A DNA stretch of 55,405 nucleotides, taken from contig DASRWD010000013.1 of assembly GCA_035654755.1 (NCBI GenBank), forward strand, positions 1 through 55,405, in the 5' to 3' direction. This stretch comes from Trueperaceae bacterium (GTDB lineage Bacteria; Deinococcota; Deinococci; Deinococcales; Trueperaceae). Positions 1-10,017 of this stretch are shown in pieces. The translations under genes were made by a program, and so were the position numbers. The notes under the pieces were generated by a model. It searched no databases and had not been told where the DNA came from. It worked only from the letters and a program-made list of their open reading frames with translations. The stretch's first letter is position 1. Each line of letters starts with the position of its first letter.

Positions 1-234
1 GGCAGCCGCACGATCCCGTTCACGTTCGACCCCACCTTCATGGGCGTTAGGCGGCTCCTGGAGGAGCCGTACCGCCTTCAGCTCATCGTCAGCGACGAAC
101 GTGGCGAGAGGACCGTGTTCGACGAGGAGTTGGACCCCGGCGAGGTCGCTTCGACCTCGGTGCCCGTCTACGGTCCGGACGCCCTGCTTCAGACGTACAT
201 AGACGGTGTCTTCTTCCAGGCATGGCGCCCCTGA
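1..234 (+). CDS. hypothetical protein, C-terminal fragment (CDS begins upstream of window)
   Basis: Frame 1 is open from base 1 to the stop at 232-234. Track ORF 40..234 is its tail. No motif recognised. Confidence 0.35.
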   Translation, partial: GSRTIPFTFDPTFMGVRRLLEEPYRLQLIVSDERGERTVFDEELDPGEVASTSVPVYGPDALLQTYIDGVFFQAWRP

Positions 235-395
235 TCGACAGGTGGACATGGGGTCGAACGTCGCGTCCCCAACGGGGTAATCGGAGTGGGATATGTCGCA
301 GTGGGGTGCCGTTCCGACGCGAAGAATCGGGCTTGTATACTCGGTTTCATAACGAGAAGCAAAGGCGGGCGGGAGGCCCGTTAGGAGGAGTCTAA

Positions 396-1928
396 GTGAG
401 CGAGCCCGATATCACCGCGCTGGCGCGACGGCTGGCCGAGCAGAACAACGTCGACTGGCGCGCCCTGTCCGGGTCGGGCGACGGCGGCAGGATCGTGGAG
501 CGCGACGTCCTCGACTACCTGGCTCGCGTCATGGCAGGGGAGGAGGCGCTGGACCCCACCCCTGAACCGCTGCCGGACGGCATGGAGACCTGGCCGGACC
601 AAGATCCGGAACTGCGCGCCGCGGGCCAGGCGACGACCCTCGGCGAGCTCAGGCAGGAGATCGGCAGCGCGGTGCGCGACGAACCGCTCGCACCCATGGG
701 CGGTGGTCATGAGTCGGTCGCGTCCGTATCCGACGTGGACGAGGACGTCTTCCTCTTCGACGACGACCCGGCATCCGAAGGACCTGGGGCGGAGTCTCAG
801 GCGCCGGAAACCGGGGCGCGCCCGGGGGCCGTCTCGACCAGTGACGACCTCGAGGACCTGCTCGTCGCGGGGGACGACGCCGGCCTGTTGAGTGACGATG
901 ACGACCTCTCCGGCGGCGCAGACGTGTACGGCGCCGAGGCTGCTCAGGCCGACGAGGACGCGTTCAGCGCTGACCTTTCAGGCGGGTCGGAAGAGGTGGA
1001 CGGAGCGCAGTGGGGCGAGGGTATCGCCCTGGGTGGCTCCGGCCACTCGACGGACGAGGAAGCCCCGGACATCTGGGGTGAGCCACTGACGGCACCCGAG
1101 CCGGACCTCGACCTCTTCTCAGACACCGTGAAGGTCTCCGAGAGCGACGACATGTGGTCGCAGGAGAGCGCGTCCGAGACCACGGAGGCGGAAGCCGAGC
1201 CAGAGGTGCAGGCCGGCACGTCCCTGGACGGCTGGTCGACAGACGGCTCCGCGCAGGCGGACCACGATGATACCGGCGTGCATGTATGGGAACCACAAGA
1301 GGAGACCGCTCCGGCTCGGAGCCAGGAGGAGACCTCGCCGGACTGGGGCCAGGCGGAGCCCACGGAGACCGAGCTCACCACTCCCCAGCAGGAGTCGGGC
1401 GGCTTCGACGGCCTGCCCCTTGCGAGGACCGGAACGGTGCTGCGGCGGCACGTCGACGTGACCGCGCTTGCCGGTGCCCAGCTAGCCGTGTCGCAGGAGC
1501 TCGGGTTCGAAGAGCCGCTCGGCGCCGGGCCCTTCGTACTGCGTGCCGTGGCCAAGGCGGCCAGGGACCAGGGCGTGGGACACGGTCAGGTCGCGTTGGC
1601 GACCTTCGACGGAGGTCTGGTCCTACGCCGGGTCGACGACGCCGCGGGCAGGGCGTTCTCCGAGCTGGTGAACGAGCTGACCGGCAGCGGCCAGGTAGAG
1701 GACGAGGCCGGGTTGGTGGTGGCAGACCTCTCGGGCCTCGACGTCGACGAGGTGGTCCTGGACGTCGACCTGCCCGTAGTGAGCCTTGGTCGGATGCTGT
1801 ACGACAACCAGCGCGGCGGCTACCGCAGCACGTTGACGCTGACGGGTGACTTGCCGGCAGAGCAGGGCGCCAGGCTCCTCAGCCGCGTCGCCGAGCTGCT
1901 GGACGCACCCATCCGCCTCGTCATGTAG
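396..1928 (+). CDS. E3-binding (PSBD) domain protein with long acidic linker and degenerate E2 acyltransferase-like C-terminal domain
   Basis: GTG start lies 5 nt after GGAGGAG. N-terminal ITALARRLAEQNNVDWRALSGSGDGGRIVERDVLDYL matches the peripheral-subunit-binding motif. The middle ~270 aa are D/E/S/G-rich. C-terminal TLTLTGDLPAEQGARLLSRVAELLDAPIRLVM aligns to the E2 DHRxxDGA region with His replaced by Leu. Confidence 0.7.
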   Translation: MSEPDITALARRLAEQNNVDWRALSGSGDGGRIVERDVLDYLARVMAGEEALDPTPEPLPDGMETWPDQDPELRAAGQATTLGELRQEIGSAVRDEPLAPMGGGHESVASVSDVDEDVFLFDDDPASEGPGAESQAPETGARPGAVSTSDDLEDLLVAGDDAGLLSDDDDLSGGADVYGAEAAQADEDAFSADLSGGSEEVDGAQWGEGIALGGSGHSTDEEAPDIWGEPLTAPEPDLDLFSDTVKVSESDDMWSQESASETTEAEAEPEVQAGTSLDGWSTDGSAQADHDDTGVHVWEPQEETAPARSQEETSPDWGQAEPTETELTTPQQESGGFDGLPLARTGTVLRRHVDVTALAGAQLAVSQELGFEEPLGAGPFVLRAVAKAARDQGVGHGQVALATFDGGLVLRRVDDAAGRAFSELVNELTGSGQVEDEAGLVVADLSGLDVDEVVLDVDLPVVSLGRMLYDNQRGGYRSTLTLTGDLPAEQGARLLSRVAELLDAPIRLVM

Positions 1929-1935
1929 CGCTTCC

Positions 1936-2202
1936 CTAGTCTGAAGTGGCGGGCACCATGACGCTGAGGCCCAGGTAGGCCAGCCCCAGCACGCCGAGCG
2001 TCACGACGCCCCCGACCACGAACACGGCCCTCACCGAGCTCGTCCTGGCGCCGGTCAACCGGGCGATCCCGGCGCACAGGCCGGTGATCATGCCGCCCTC
2101 GCGGGCGCGCGTCAACCGCGGGCCCGTGGGGCGCAGCCGACCGTGCGGACCAGGCCTGACATCGACCGGTCGCGGGTAGAGGCGCTCGTTCTGGTCGGTC
2201 AT
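1936..2202 (-). CDS. PspC domain-containing membrane protein
   Basis: 88-aa tail of track ORF 1936..2850, starting at ATG 2202. ITGLCAGIARLTGARTSSVRAVFVV matches the PspC motif and is followed by a TM helix. The rest of the 304-aa ORF is antisense to ubiX. TATACT lies 9 nt upstream. Confidence 0.75.
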   Translation of the reverse strand: MTDQNERLYPRPVDVRPGPHGRLRPTGPRLTRAREGGMITGLCAGIARLTGARTSSVRAVFVVGGVVTLGVLGLAYLGLSVMVPATSD

Positions 2203-2247
2203 CGCGCGGCGAGTATACGTCCACGACGGGCGCGGTAACCTTGCCGC

Positions 2248-2844
2248 GTGACGGACGAGGGAACAGTCAGCGCGGGCGCGCCGGCCAGAGAGGTCGTCGT
2301 CGCCGTGACCGGCGCAAGCGGGTTGCTGTACGCGGTCGACCTGCTCACCGCGCTCAAGCGGGCAGCCGTGCACACTCACCTCGTCGTGACGGCAGGGGCG
2401 AAGCGCGTGATCCCTACCGAGTTGGACGGCGGGCTGGCGAGCCTCACGACTTTGGCGTCCGAGATGCACAAGGACAGCGACAGCGGTGCTCCGATCGCCT
2501 CGGGCAGCCACACGTTCGGCGCCATGGTCGTCGTGCCGTGCAGCGCCGGCACGCTGGCGAAGGTAGCTACGGGCATGACAGACAACCTGACCTCCCGCGC
2601 CGCGCACGTCGCCCTCAAGGAGCGCCGGCCGCTGTTGCTCGTGGTGAGGGAGGCGCCGTACTCCCGGCCCATGCTCGCGAACATGCTGGCGGCCGCCGAC
2701 GCCGGCGCCCTCATCGTGCCGGCATCCCCCGGTTTCTACCACCGGCCCAGGACGATCGAGGACCTCGTGGGCAGTGTCACGGCGCGGCTGCTCGACCACC
2801 TCGGCGTTGATCACGCCCGTGTACCGCGTTGGGGCGAGGCTTGA
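2248..2844 (+). CDS. ubiX: flavin prenyltransferase UbiX family (prenyl-FMN synthase)
   Basis: VVVAVTGASG...MVVVPCSAGTLAKVATGMTDNLTSRAAHVALKERRPLLLVVREAP is typical of UbiX/Pad1. GTG start lies 6 nt after TAACCT. Confidence 0.9.
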   Translation: MTDEGTVSAGAPAREVVVAVTGASGLLYAVDLLTALKRAAVHTHLVVTAGAKRVIPTELDGGLASLTTLASEMHKDSDSGAPIASGSHTFGAMVVVPCSAGTLAKVATGMTDNLTSRAAHVALKERRPLLLVVREAPYSRPMLANMLAAADAGALIVPASPGFYHRPRTIEDLVGSVTARLLDHLGVDHARVPRWGEA

Positions 2845-3494
2845 GACCACGGACCGCCGCGCTGATCGCGGCCGCGGGTGAGGGGCGCAGGCTGGGCAGG
2901 GGCCCCAAGGCCCTCGTGGCCGTCGGCGGGGTAACGCTCATGGAGTTGGCGCTGCGAGCGCTGGACCCGCACGTCGACGAGGTCGTCGTGGCGGTGCCGC
3001 CCGGTTCTCTGGCGACATGGCCGGCGCGGCAGGGAGTGACGTACGTGGAGGGCGGCGAGACTCGGCAGTCGTCCGTGAGGGCGATGCTGGAGGCGACAAC
3101 GGCAGACCACGTGCTGGTCCACGACGTCGCGCGGCCGTTCCTGCCAGCCGAGGTCGTGCTACGGGTCCAGCGGGCCGCGCGGACGCACGGCGCGGCGTCG
3201 GCCGCTTTGGGCGTCGCCGACACCGTCGTGACGAGCGACGGGCGAGAGCTGGACAGGTCCGCGCTGCTCGCCGTCCAGACGCCGCAAGGCTTCGACAGGC
3301 GCCTGCTCGCCGAGGCCCACGAATCGGCGGCCACCAGCGGGTACCAGGGCACGGACGATGCCGGACTGGTGAGGCGGCTGGGCGGTCACGTCGAGCTCGT
3401 CGAGGGCAGCCCGCTGCTCATGAAGGTGACCAGGCCGGAAGACCTGCTGCTCGCCGAGGCGCTCCTCGCGCTACGTGGGGCTACCTCGCGTTGA
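2841..3494 (+). CDS. ispD: 2-C-methyl-D-erythritol 4-phosphate cytidylyltransferase
   Basis: AALIAAAGEGRRLG, VHDVARPF and VQTPQGF motifs. TTG 2841 overlaps the ubiX stop (TTGA). The track ORF starts at an in-frame TTG at 2829. Confidence 0.85.
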   Translation: MRPRTAALIAAAGEGRRLGRGPKALVAVGGVTLMELALRALDPHVDEVVVAVPPGSLATWPARQGVTYVEGGETRQSSVRAMLEATTADHVLVHDVARPFLPAEVVLRVQRAARTHGAASAALGVADTVVTSDGRELDRSALLAVQTPQGFDRRLLAEAHESAATSGYQGTDDAGLVRRLGGHVELVEGSPLLMKVTRPEDLLLAEALLALRGATSR

Positions 3495-4378
3495 GGACGG
3501 CGGCCCACGCGAAGGTGAACCTGGGGCTCGCCGTCCTGGCCAGGCGCGGGGACTCGTTCCACGAGATAGAGACGCTCATTACTCGGCTGCGCCTGGCCGA
3601 CGACGTCGAGGTGACGCTGCGCGAGGGTCCGCCCGGCGAGGTCACGTTGGCGTCCGTCCCCGACCCGCAGGCAGGGTCGCCCGCGTGGCACGCACGGTGT
3701 CTTGCCGACGTCCCGACGGGCAGCGACAACCTGGCCGTGAGGGCCGCGACCGCGTACCTGCAGGCGTTCGAACGTGAGACGGGTCGGGCACCACCCGGCG
3801 CCCACGTCGCCCTCGTCAAACGGGTGCCGGTCGCCGCGGGTCTCGGTGGTGGATCTTCCGACGCGGCCGCCGTCCTGCGGGTGCTCGACAGCCTGCTTCC
3901 GGCCGGCCTCGACCTGACCGCCCTCGGCACCGCACTGGGCTCCGACGTGCCGTTCTTCGTCTCCGGAGTCAGCGCAGCGGTGGCCCGTGGGCGCGGTGAG
4001 CGGCTGCACGAGGTCGACATCCCGCGCTTGCATGTGGTGCTGGCGAAGCCGGAGACGAGCGTCTCGGCGGCCGAGGCGTACGGCGCCCTCGTGGGGTTCA
4101 CGCCCAGGCTGAAGCACGAGTCGTCTCTGGCCGCGCTGCGCTCGGGCGAGGAGCCGCGCTGGCGCAACGGGCTGCAGCCCGGCGTCGTCCGCGCTCACCC
4201 GCACCTGCGGGCGCTGCTCGAGGACCTGCGGGGCTTGGGCCTCAAGGGCGTGATCATGTCGGGCAGCGGCCCCACGTGCTTCGGCGTGGCCAGCGACTCC
4301 GTGGCGGCTCAGGAAGCTGCCGATCGGCTACGCGCGCTGAGGCCCGAGCTCTGGGTCACGTCTACTGTCGCCGGCTGA
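3491..4378 (+). CDS. ispE: 4-diphosphocytidyl-2-C-methyl-D-erythritol kinase
   Basis: AHAKVNLGLAVL...KRVPVAAGLGGGSSDAAAVL GHMP-kinase motifs. TTG 3491 overlaps the ispD stop (TTGA). The upstream part of track ORF 3017..4378 overlaps ispD out of frame and is Arg/Gly-rich. Confidence 0.85.
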   Translation: MRTAAHAKVNLGLAVLARRGDSFHEIETLITRLRLADDVEVTLREGPPGEVTLASVPDPQAGSPAWHARCLADVPTGSDNLAVRAATAYLQAFERETGRAPPGAHVALVKRVPVAAGLGGGSSDAAAVLRVLDSLLPAGLDLTALGTALGSDVPFFVSGVSAAVARGRGERLHEVDIPRLHVVLAKPETSVSAAEAYGALVGFTPRLKHESSLAALRSGEEPRWRNGLQPGVVRAHPHLRALLEDLRGLGLKGVIMSGSGPTCFGVASDSVAAQEAADRLRALRPELWVTSTVAG

Positions 4379-4394
4379 TCGCGTACCCCAGCGC

Positions 4395-4781
4395 CTAATC
4401 GCTGCGCTTGAACTCTTTGGCCTGCTCGACGTCGTCCTGGACGAGGTAGTCCTCACCGGCCAACGACTCCACGTGGTGCTTGAGCTCGTGCGTGAGCGTC
4501 TCCCACGCCTCTTCCTCCCAGTCGAAGCGGGGGTCCTGACTGGCGATCTCGCGGAACGAACCGTAGTAGATGGCGACGTGCCTTCCGATGCCCTCGTGGA
4601 AGCCGAGGAAGTCCTCCGGCCCCGGGTCCATGTACTCGCCCATGCGGAAGACGTCCTCGTCGAACCCTTCCTCGCGTTTGACATCGGGTAGCACGTGCAC
4701 GCCCTGCAGGCCGCGCATGAACTCGTCCGGGACCTCCTCGACCATCTCGGCGATTAGCCGCTCGAACGCGTCGAACGTCAC
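4395..4781 (-). CDS. small zincin-like metallopeptidase family protein (HExxH)
   Basis: 128-aa tail of track ORF 4395..5051. Contains the THELKHHVESL HExxH motif. GTG 4781 overlaps the upstream stop (GTGA). Confidence 0.7.
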   Translation of the reverse strand: MTFDAFERLIAEMVEEVPDEFMRGLQGVHVLPDVKREEGFDEDVFRMGEYMDPGPEDFLGFHEGIGRHVAIYYGSFREIASQDPRFDWEEEAWETLTHELKHHVESLAGEDYLVQDDVEQAKEFKRSD

Positions 4782-5836
4782 GATGCTGCCACCGCTTCCT
4801 CGAACGTCTCGGGTGCGTCCGCGAGCCTGACGACCGTTCCGTCCGCAGCGCTGGCGTACGCCGCGAGTATCAGTCTCACGGCCTCGCGCCCGTCCACTCC
4901 CGAGCAGACGACCTGGCCCTCGCCCCGCACGGCCGCCACGAACGCGATGACGTGCGCCGTGTGGGGTTTGTACCCGCCGAAGCTGTAGGTCGCGAGGTCG
5001 GTGACGTCCCAGGTTCCGCCGGGCGTGCCCCTGTAGTAGTGCCTGAGCCACGGGGGCCCGAACCTGTTCGTGGACTCGAGAGCCCCTTCCGTGCCGTAGA
5101 TCCAGAAGCCTTCTTCCCAGCCGGTGGCGGTCCAGGCGGTCTCGATGGTGCCGATCGCGCCGTCTCCGAACTCGAGCGACACGTTGGCCGTGTCCTCGAC
5201 CTCGACGTCGTACGCGAGCGTCGCGACGCGGGCGTACACCTCGCGCACCCTGCCGCCGAAGAAGCGCGCCAGGTCCGCCAGGTGGCAGCCGTTGTCCAGC
5301 AACGTCCCGCCGCCCGAGCTGGCCTTGGTAGCGAACGACGGCCTTACACCCTGACCGCCCCAGTCGTGGGCCTGGCGCAGGCGCAGATGCGTGACCCTGC
5401 CTATCGCCCCGGCCTGGATGAGCTCCTTCGCCTTCTTGGCAGGCGCCGAGGAGCGTAGCTGGTGGTTGACCACGAGCTTCACACCGGCGCCGTCACAGGC
5501 GGCGATCATCTCGTCCGCCAGGCCCAGGTCGAGGGCTATCGGCTTCTCGACGAGGACGTGCACACCGGCCTTGGCGGCCGCCATCGTCGCGGGGTGATGC
5601 ACGGCGGTGGGCGCCGCTATCGAGACGGCGTCTATGCCGCCCGCGGCGAACATCTCACCGAAGTCCGAGTACGTCCTGTCCACGCCCCAGGCCGTCGCCC
5701 TGGCCGCGAGCTGGACCGGGTTGACGTCGCACAGCGCGACGACGTTCGCGCCGGCGGCCCGGAAGCCGTCGTAGTGCGCCTGTGAGATGCTGCCCGTGCC
5801 GATAATCGCGACGCGCAGGGGACCTTCGGACGTCAT
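4778..5836 (-). CDS. Gfo/Idh/MocA family oxidoreductase
   Basis: N-terminal Rossmann motif LRVAIIGTGSISQAH and the EKP motif VLVEKPIA. ATG overlaps the ThuA stop (ATGA). Confidence 0.9.
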   Translation of the reverse strand: MTSEGPLRVAIIGTGSISQAHYDGFRAAGANVVALCDVNPVQLAARATAWGVDRTYSDFGEMFAAGGIDAVSIAAPTAVHHPATMAAAKAGVHVLVEKPIALDLGLADEMIAACDGAGVKLVVNHQLRSSAPAKKAKELIQAGAIGRVTHLRLRQAHDWGGQGVRPSFATKASSGGGTLLDNGCHLADLARFFGGRVREVYARVATLAYDVEVEDTANVSLEFGDGAIGTIETAWTATGWEEGFWIYGTEGALESTNRFGPPWLRHYYRGTPGGTWDVTDLATYSFGGYKPHTAHVIAFVAAVRGEGQVVCSGVDGREAVRLILAAYASAADGTVVRLADAPETFEEAVAAS

Positions 5837-6588
5837 GAGCGTTTGAGCACGTGCTCCTTCCCGGGGTTGGGCACGCTTTCCAGGGCAGCCGGGTTCGGGC
5901 AGGCGGAGTCGTCACGCCGCATGCGCGCAGCTGCGTACGTGGAGCAGTTGGCGACGATCCGGCGCACGACCGGGTCGTGGTAGGTCGGGTACGTCTCGTG
6001 ACCCGGACGGAAGTAGACCACCCGTCCGAGGCCCCGCCGCCACGTCATGAGGCTGCGGAACACCTCGCCGCCCTGGAACCAGGAGATCATCAGAAGCTCG
6101 TCGGGCTCGGGCACGTCGAAGCGCTCGCCGTACATCTCCTCCTGCTCCAGCTCTACGTGGTCCGGAACGCCCTCGAGGATCGGGTGGGCCGGCTGCAGGT
6201 TCCACAGCCGTTCCTTCTCGTCGGCCTCGCGCCACTTGAGCGACCCGTGTGTGCCCATAAGGCGAAGGAAGGGCTTGGAGAGATGGCCGGAGTGCAGCAC
6301 GACGAGACCCATGCCGTCCAGCACGGCGCGTTGGACGCGCTCCGCCACGGCGTCCGACACATCGCCATGGGCCTTGTGCCCCCACCACAGCATGACGTCG
6401 GTGTCGTCGACGACGGCCTGCGGCAGGCCGTGCTCCGGCTCTCGCAGCGTTGCGCTGCGAACTATGGCGCCCGGGACGTGGTCTTCGATCGCCGCTTCGA
6501 GCGCCTCGTGGATGCCTCCGGGATAGACGCGTGCTACGCGCTCGTCCTCCAACTCGTGGAGGTACTCGTTGAAGACGGTTACCCTCAA
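5833..6588 (-). CDS. ThuA domain-containing protein (trehalose-utilisation-like)
   Basis: MRVTVFNEY...DVMLWWGHKAH...GMGLVVLHSGH is a ThuA-like pattern. TTG start lies 4 nt after GGTAGGAG. Confidence 0.8.
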   Translation of the reverse strand: MRVTVFNEYLHELEDERVARVYPGGIHEALEAAIEDHVPGAIVRSATLREPEHGLPQAVVDDTDVMLWWGHKAHGDVSDAVAERVQRAVLDGMGLVVLHSGHLSKPFLRLMGTHGSLKWREADEKERLWNLQPAHPILEGVPDHVELEQEEMYGERFDVPEPDELLMISWFQGGEVFRSLMTWRRGLGRVVYFRPGHETYPTYHDPVVRRIVANCSTYAAARMRRDDSACPNPAALESVPNPGKEHVLKRS

Positions 6589-6615
6589 GACGCTCCTACC
6601 TTCGAAACGGGGATT

Positions 6616-8316
6616 CTAGTCGGTCACGGCACCGAGGGACGCGCTGGATACCAGCTTGGCGTACTTGGCCAACACGCCGGTAGTGTAGCGCGGGGCCGGC
6701 GGCTGCCAAGCAGCCCGGCGTCTGGCGAGCTCGGCCTCGTCGACCTCGAGCTGAAGGAGGTTCGTCGCCGCGTCGACGGTGATGTGGTCCCCGTCCTCGA
6801 TGAGGGCGATGGGCCCGCCGACCGCTGCCTCCGGCGCGACGTGCCCGACGACGAGCCCGTAGGTACCACCGGAGAAGCGCCCGTCCGTTATCAGCGCGAC
6901 GGAGTCGCCGAGGCCGTGGCCGATTATCGCGCTGGTCGGCGCCAGCATCTCCCGCATGCCAGGGCCGCCCTTGGGGCCCTCGTAGCGGATCACGACCACG
7001 TCACCAGCGTTTATCCGTCCGTCGAGGATCGCGGCCATGGCGGCCTCTTCGCCGTCGAACACGCGCGCCGGCCCGGTATGGTTCGTGCTCTTGAGGCCGG
7101 TCGTCTTCGCGACGGCGCCTTCCGGAGCGAGGTTGCCGCGTAGCACGTTGAGGTGCCCTACGCCGTAGATGGGGTCCGCGATGGGGTGCACGACGTCCTG
7201 GCCGGCAGGAGGCGTGCCGGACACGCTCTCCAGGTTCTCGGCTATGGTCCTCCCCGTGACGGTCAGGCAGTCCCCGTGCAAGAGGCCGGCGTCGAGGAGC
7301 ATCCGCATGACGAGCGGGATGCCTCCGACCGCATGCAGGTCGGTCGCCACGTAGCGCCCTGACGGCTTGAGGTCGCACAGGACCGGCGTCGTGAGGCGCA
7401 GCGACTCGAAGTCGTCGATGCTCAGGTCGACGCCCATCGAGTGGGCGATGGCGAGCAGGTGAAGCACTGCGTTCGTGCTGCCCCCCACGGCCATGACGAC
7501 GCGGATCGCGTTCTCGAAGGCCTGCCTCGTCATGATCCGACTGGGGCGCAGGTCCTGGGCGATCAGCCGCAGCAGCGCCTCGCCGCTCTCCTTGGCGCTA
7601 CGCAGCTTGTCGTCATCGACGTTCGCCATGGTGCTCGAGTAGGGGAGGCTCATCCCCAGGGCCTCGATCGCGGACGACATCGTGTTGGCCGTGTACATGC
7701 CGCCGCAGGAGCCCGGCCCGGGGCAGGCAGACGCCTCGATGCCGCGCAGGGTGTCGAGCTCGATCCGACCCGCAGCCCGCGCGCCTACGGCCTCGAAGAC
7801 GCTGACGATGGTCAGGTCCTCGTCCGCGAAACGACCAGGCTTGATCGTGCCGCCGTAGACGTAGATGGATGGCAGGTCGAGCCTCGCGAGGGCGATCATG
7901 CCGCCCGGCATGTTCTTGTCGCATCCGCCCACCACCAACATGGCGTCCAGGCTCTGACCGCGGCCGACCGTCTCTATCGAATCGGCGATGACCTCGCGGG
8001 AGACCAGGCTACACTTCATGCCCTCCGTGCCCATCGAGATGCCGTCCGAGATCGTGATGGTCCCGAAGGTCTGCGGCATGCCGCCCGCAGCGGAAACGGC
8101 CTCGGCGGCAGCGTCCACCAGGCGCCGCAGGCCGGAGTTGCAGGGGGTGATCGTGGAGTGGCCGTCCGCTATGCCGATGATCGGCTTCCCGAAGTCCTCC
8201 TCCTCGAACCCGACCGCGCGCAGCATGGCCCTGTTGGGCGCACGCGCATCGCCCGTCGTGACGACGGCGCTGTGGCGGTTCAGTCTCGTCTCCGTGTCCG
8301 GTCTATCGGTCGACAA
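6616..8316 (-). CDS. ilvD: dihydroxy-acid dehydratase
   Basis: [32 protein letters not shown] and GGCDKNMPG motifs. TTG 8316 is preceded by GGAGGA. The longer track ORF extension overlaps leuB. Confidence 0.9.
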   Translation of the reverse strand: MSTDRPDTETRLNRHSAVVTTGDARAPNRAMLRAVGFEEEDFGKPIIGIADGHSTITPCNSGLRRLVDAAAEAVSAAGGMPQTFGTITISDGISMGTEGMKCSLVSREVIADSIETVGRGQSLDAMLVVGGCDKNMPGGMIALARLDLPSIYVYGGTIKPGRFADEDLTIVSVFEAVGARAAGRIELDTLRGIEASACPGPGSCGGMYTANTMSSAIEALGMSLPYSSTMANVDDDKLRSAKESGEALLRLIAQDLRPSRIMTRQAFENAIRVVMAVGGSTNAVLHLLAIAHSMGVDLSIDDFESLRLTTPVLCDLKPSGRYVATDLHAVGGIPLVMRMLLDAGLLHGDCLTVTGRTIAENLESVSGTPPAGQDVVHPIADPIYGVGHLNVLRGNLAPEGAVAKTTGLKSTNHTGPARVFDGEEAAMAAILDGRINAGDVVVIRYEGPKGGPGMREMLAPTSAIIGHGLGDSVALITDGRFSGGTYGLVVGHVAPEAAVGGPIALIEDGDHITVDAATNLLQLEVDEAELARRRAAWQPPAPRYTTGVLAKYAKLVSSASLGAVTD

Positions 8317-9412
8317 GGTGTGTCCTCCGCTCGATCGCGTCCACGACGGACGCGGTGAAGGCGTTAGTGTCGCGTGTCCCTCCCAGGTCCCGGGTCGGGT
8401 CCTGAGCGAGAGCCGTTTGCACGGCGTCCTCGAGGACGGCCGCGGCCTCGGGGGCATCCAGGCTGTGCCTGAGCATCATGGCCACGGACAGCATCGTGCC
8501 CGTGGGGTTGGCGAGGCCCTTGCCCGCGATATCCGGAGCGCTGCCGTGCACCGGCTCGTAGAGCCCCACGCTGCCGCCCAGGCTGGCAGAGGGCAGGACG
8601 CCAAGGGAACCGGGGATCACGCCCGCGAGGTCCGAGAGGATGTCGCCGAAGAGGTTGCCCATGACGAGGACGTCGAAGGCCTTGGGGTCGCGCACGACCT
8701 GCATGGCCGCGTTGTCCACGTACAGGTGGTTCAGCTCGACGTCGGGGAACTCGCGGGCGTGGAGGTCCACGACGACGTCGCGCCAGAACTGGGAGACGTC
8801 GAGCACGTTGGCCTTGTCCACGTTGGTGACACGGTTGCGTCGGCCCCTCGCCGTCTCGAACGCCAGCCTGGCGATGCGCTCCACCTCGTGGCGGCTGTAG
8901 ACCATCGTCGAGAGCCCTTCGTCCGGCAGGTTGTGGGACGGCCTGCCGAAGTAGATGCCACCGGTCAGCTCGCGGAAGATCACCATGTCCGTGCCGGCCG
9001 CGCGCTCAGAACGTAGCGGGGAGAGGCTCTCCAGGCCGGGGAAGACCTTGACGGGCCTGAGGTTCGCGAACACGCCGAGAAGGCGTCGGAGGTTGAGGAT
9101 GGCGGTCTCGATGCGCTGCTCGCGCGGGAGATGGTTCCACGGGTGGTCGCCGACCGGCCCGCCGACAGATCCCAGCAGCACGGCGTCCGCCTCGTTGACG
9201 GCTGCCCTGGTCACCTCCGGGAAAGCGTCGCCGTGTTCCTCGTACGCGCCGCCGCCGAACGGCCAGCGGCGCACCTCAAGGTTCAGACCGAACGGTCCCT
9301 TCAGCGCCTCGAGCGCCTCTAGGGCCGCGTCCACGACCTCGGGGCCCACGAAGTCCCCGGGCAGCACCGCGATCACCTGCCTGGCCCGGCCGGCTCCAGG
9401 TCGCGATCTCAC
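8303..9412 (-). CDS. leuB: 3-isopropylmalate dehydrogenase
   Basis: [14 protein letters not shown]...NLFGDILSD motifs. GTG overlaps the leuD stop (GTGA). Confidence 0.9.
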   Translation of the reverse strand: MRSRPGAGRARQVIAVLPGDFVGPEVVDAALEALEALKGPFGLNLEVRRWPFGGGAYEEHGDAFPEVTRAAVNEADAVLLGSVGGPVGDHPWNHLPREQRIETAILNLRRLLGVFANLRPVKVFPGLESLSPLRSERAAGTDMVIFRELTGGIYFGRPSHNLPDEGLSTMVYSRHEVERIARLAFETARGRRNRVTNVDKANVLDVSQFWRDVVVDLHAREFPDVELNHLYVDNAAMQVVRDPKAFDVLVMGNLFGDILSDLAGVIPGSLGVLPSASLGGSVGLYEPVHGSAPDIAGKGLANPTGTMLSVAMMLRHSLDAPEAAAVLEDAVQTALAQDPTRDLGGTRDTNAFTASVVDAIERRTHLVDR

Positions 9413-10017
9413 TCGCGAGCCCCGTGGCCCAGACGGGCGGCGACGAGGAGTGTCTGGTCCAGGCCCTGGAGCAGCTCCGAGAGCGGGTCGTAGGTGCCGG
9501 CGACGAGGACGGAACGGGCTGACTCTGGCATCCGTGCAGCGTAACTCCGGCCGCCGGCCGAGACCCGCAGCGCTTCCACGTCCACGTTCACCTCGAGGGC
9601 AGGGTCCGCGAGTACCGCCGCGGTGAGCTCGCGTAGGTCATCGTGCTCGAGTGACAAGCAAGGCAGGCCCACCCCTGTCGCGTTGCCGAAGAAGATCTCC
9701 GCGAAGCTGCCAGCCACGACGGCCCGGAACCCCGCCCTGGCCAACGCACGTGGAGCGTGCTCGCGGCTCGAGCCGCAACCGAAGTTCACGCCCGCGACGA
9801 GCACCGAGGCGTTGGCGCGCGCCGGCTCGTCCAGGGGATGGCCCTTCGTTCGACCCGATTCGTCGAACCGCTCGTCGAAGAAGAGCTGCCCGCCCAGCTC
9901 ATCGAACGTGACGGCCTTCAGGAAGCGCGCTGGGATGATGCGGTCGGTGTCTATGTCGTCTCCGGGCAGGGCCACGGCCGTGCCCGACACCGTCTTCACA
10001 GGGTCGAACGCCCTCAC
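9409..10017 (-). CDS. leuD: 3-isopropylmalate dehydratase small subunit
   Basis: [15 protein letters not shown]...[14 protein letters not shown] motifs. GTG 10017 overlaps the leuC stop (GTGA). The remainder of track ORF 9409..10404 overlaps leuC. Confidence 0.9.
   Translation of the reverse strand: MRAFDPVKTVSGTAVALPGDDIDTDRIIPARFLKAVTFDELGGQLFFDERFDESGRTKGHPLDEPARANASVLVAGVNFGCGSSREHAPRALARAGFRAVVAGSFAEIFFGNATGVGLPCLSLEHDDLRELTAAVLADPALEVNVDVEALRVSAGGRSYAARMPESARSVLVAGTYDPLSELLQGLDQTLLVAARLGHGARE

Noticed and set aside
235-395. Possible promoter (TATACT at about 336) and small hairpins upstream of the E2-like gene
   Set aside because: The -10-like box is plausible, but the -35 is poor (TTCCGA-like) and the hairpins are short. 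This is not enough to report as a feature.
3017-3490. Upstream extension of the ispE ORF (453-aa track ORF)
   Set aside because: It overlaps ispD out of frame with Arg/Gly-rich composition. The conserved ispE N-terminus begins at the TTGA-coupled TTG 3491.
5851-7143. 430-aa plus-strand ORF
   Set aside because: It is antisense to the well-supported ThuA and ilvD genes. The sequence is Arg/Gly/Val/His-rich with no motifs, which is a typical shadow ORF in GC-rich DNA.
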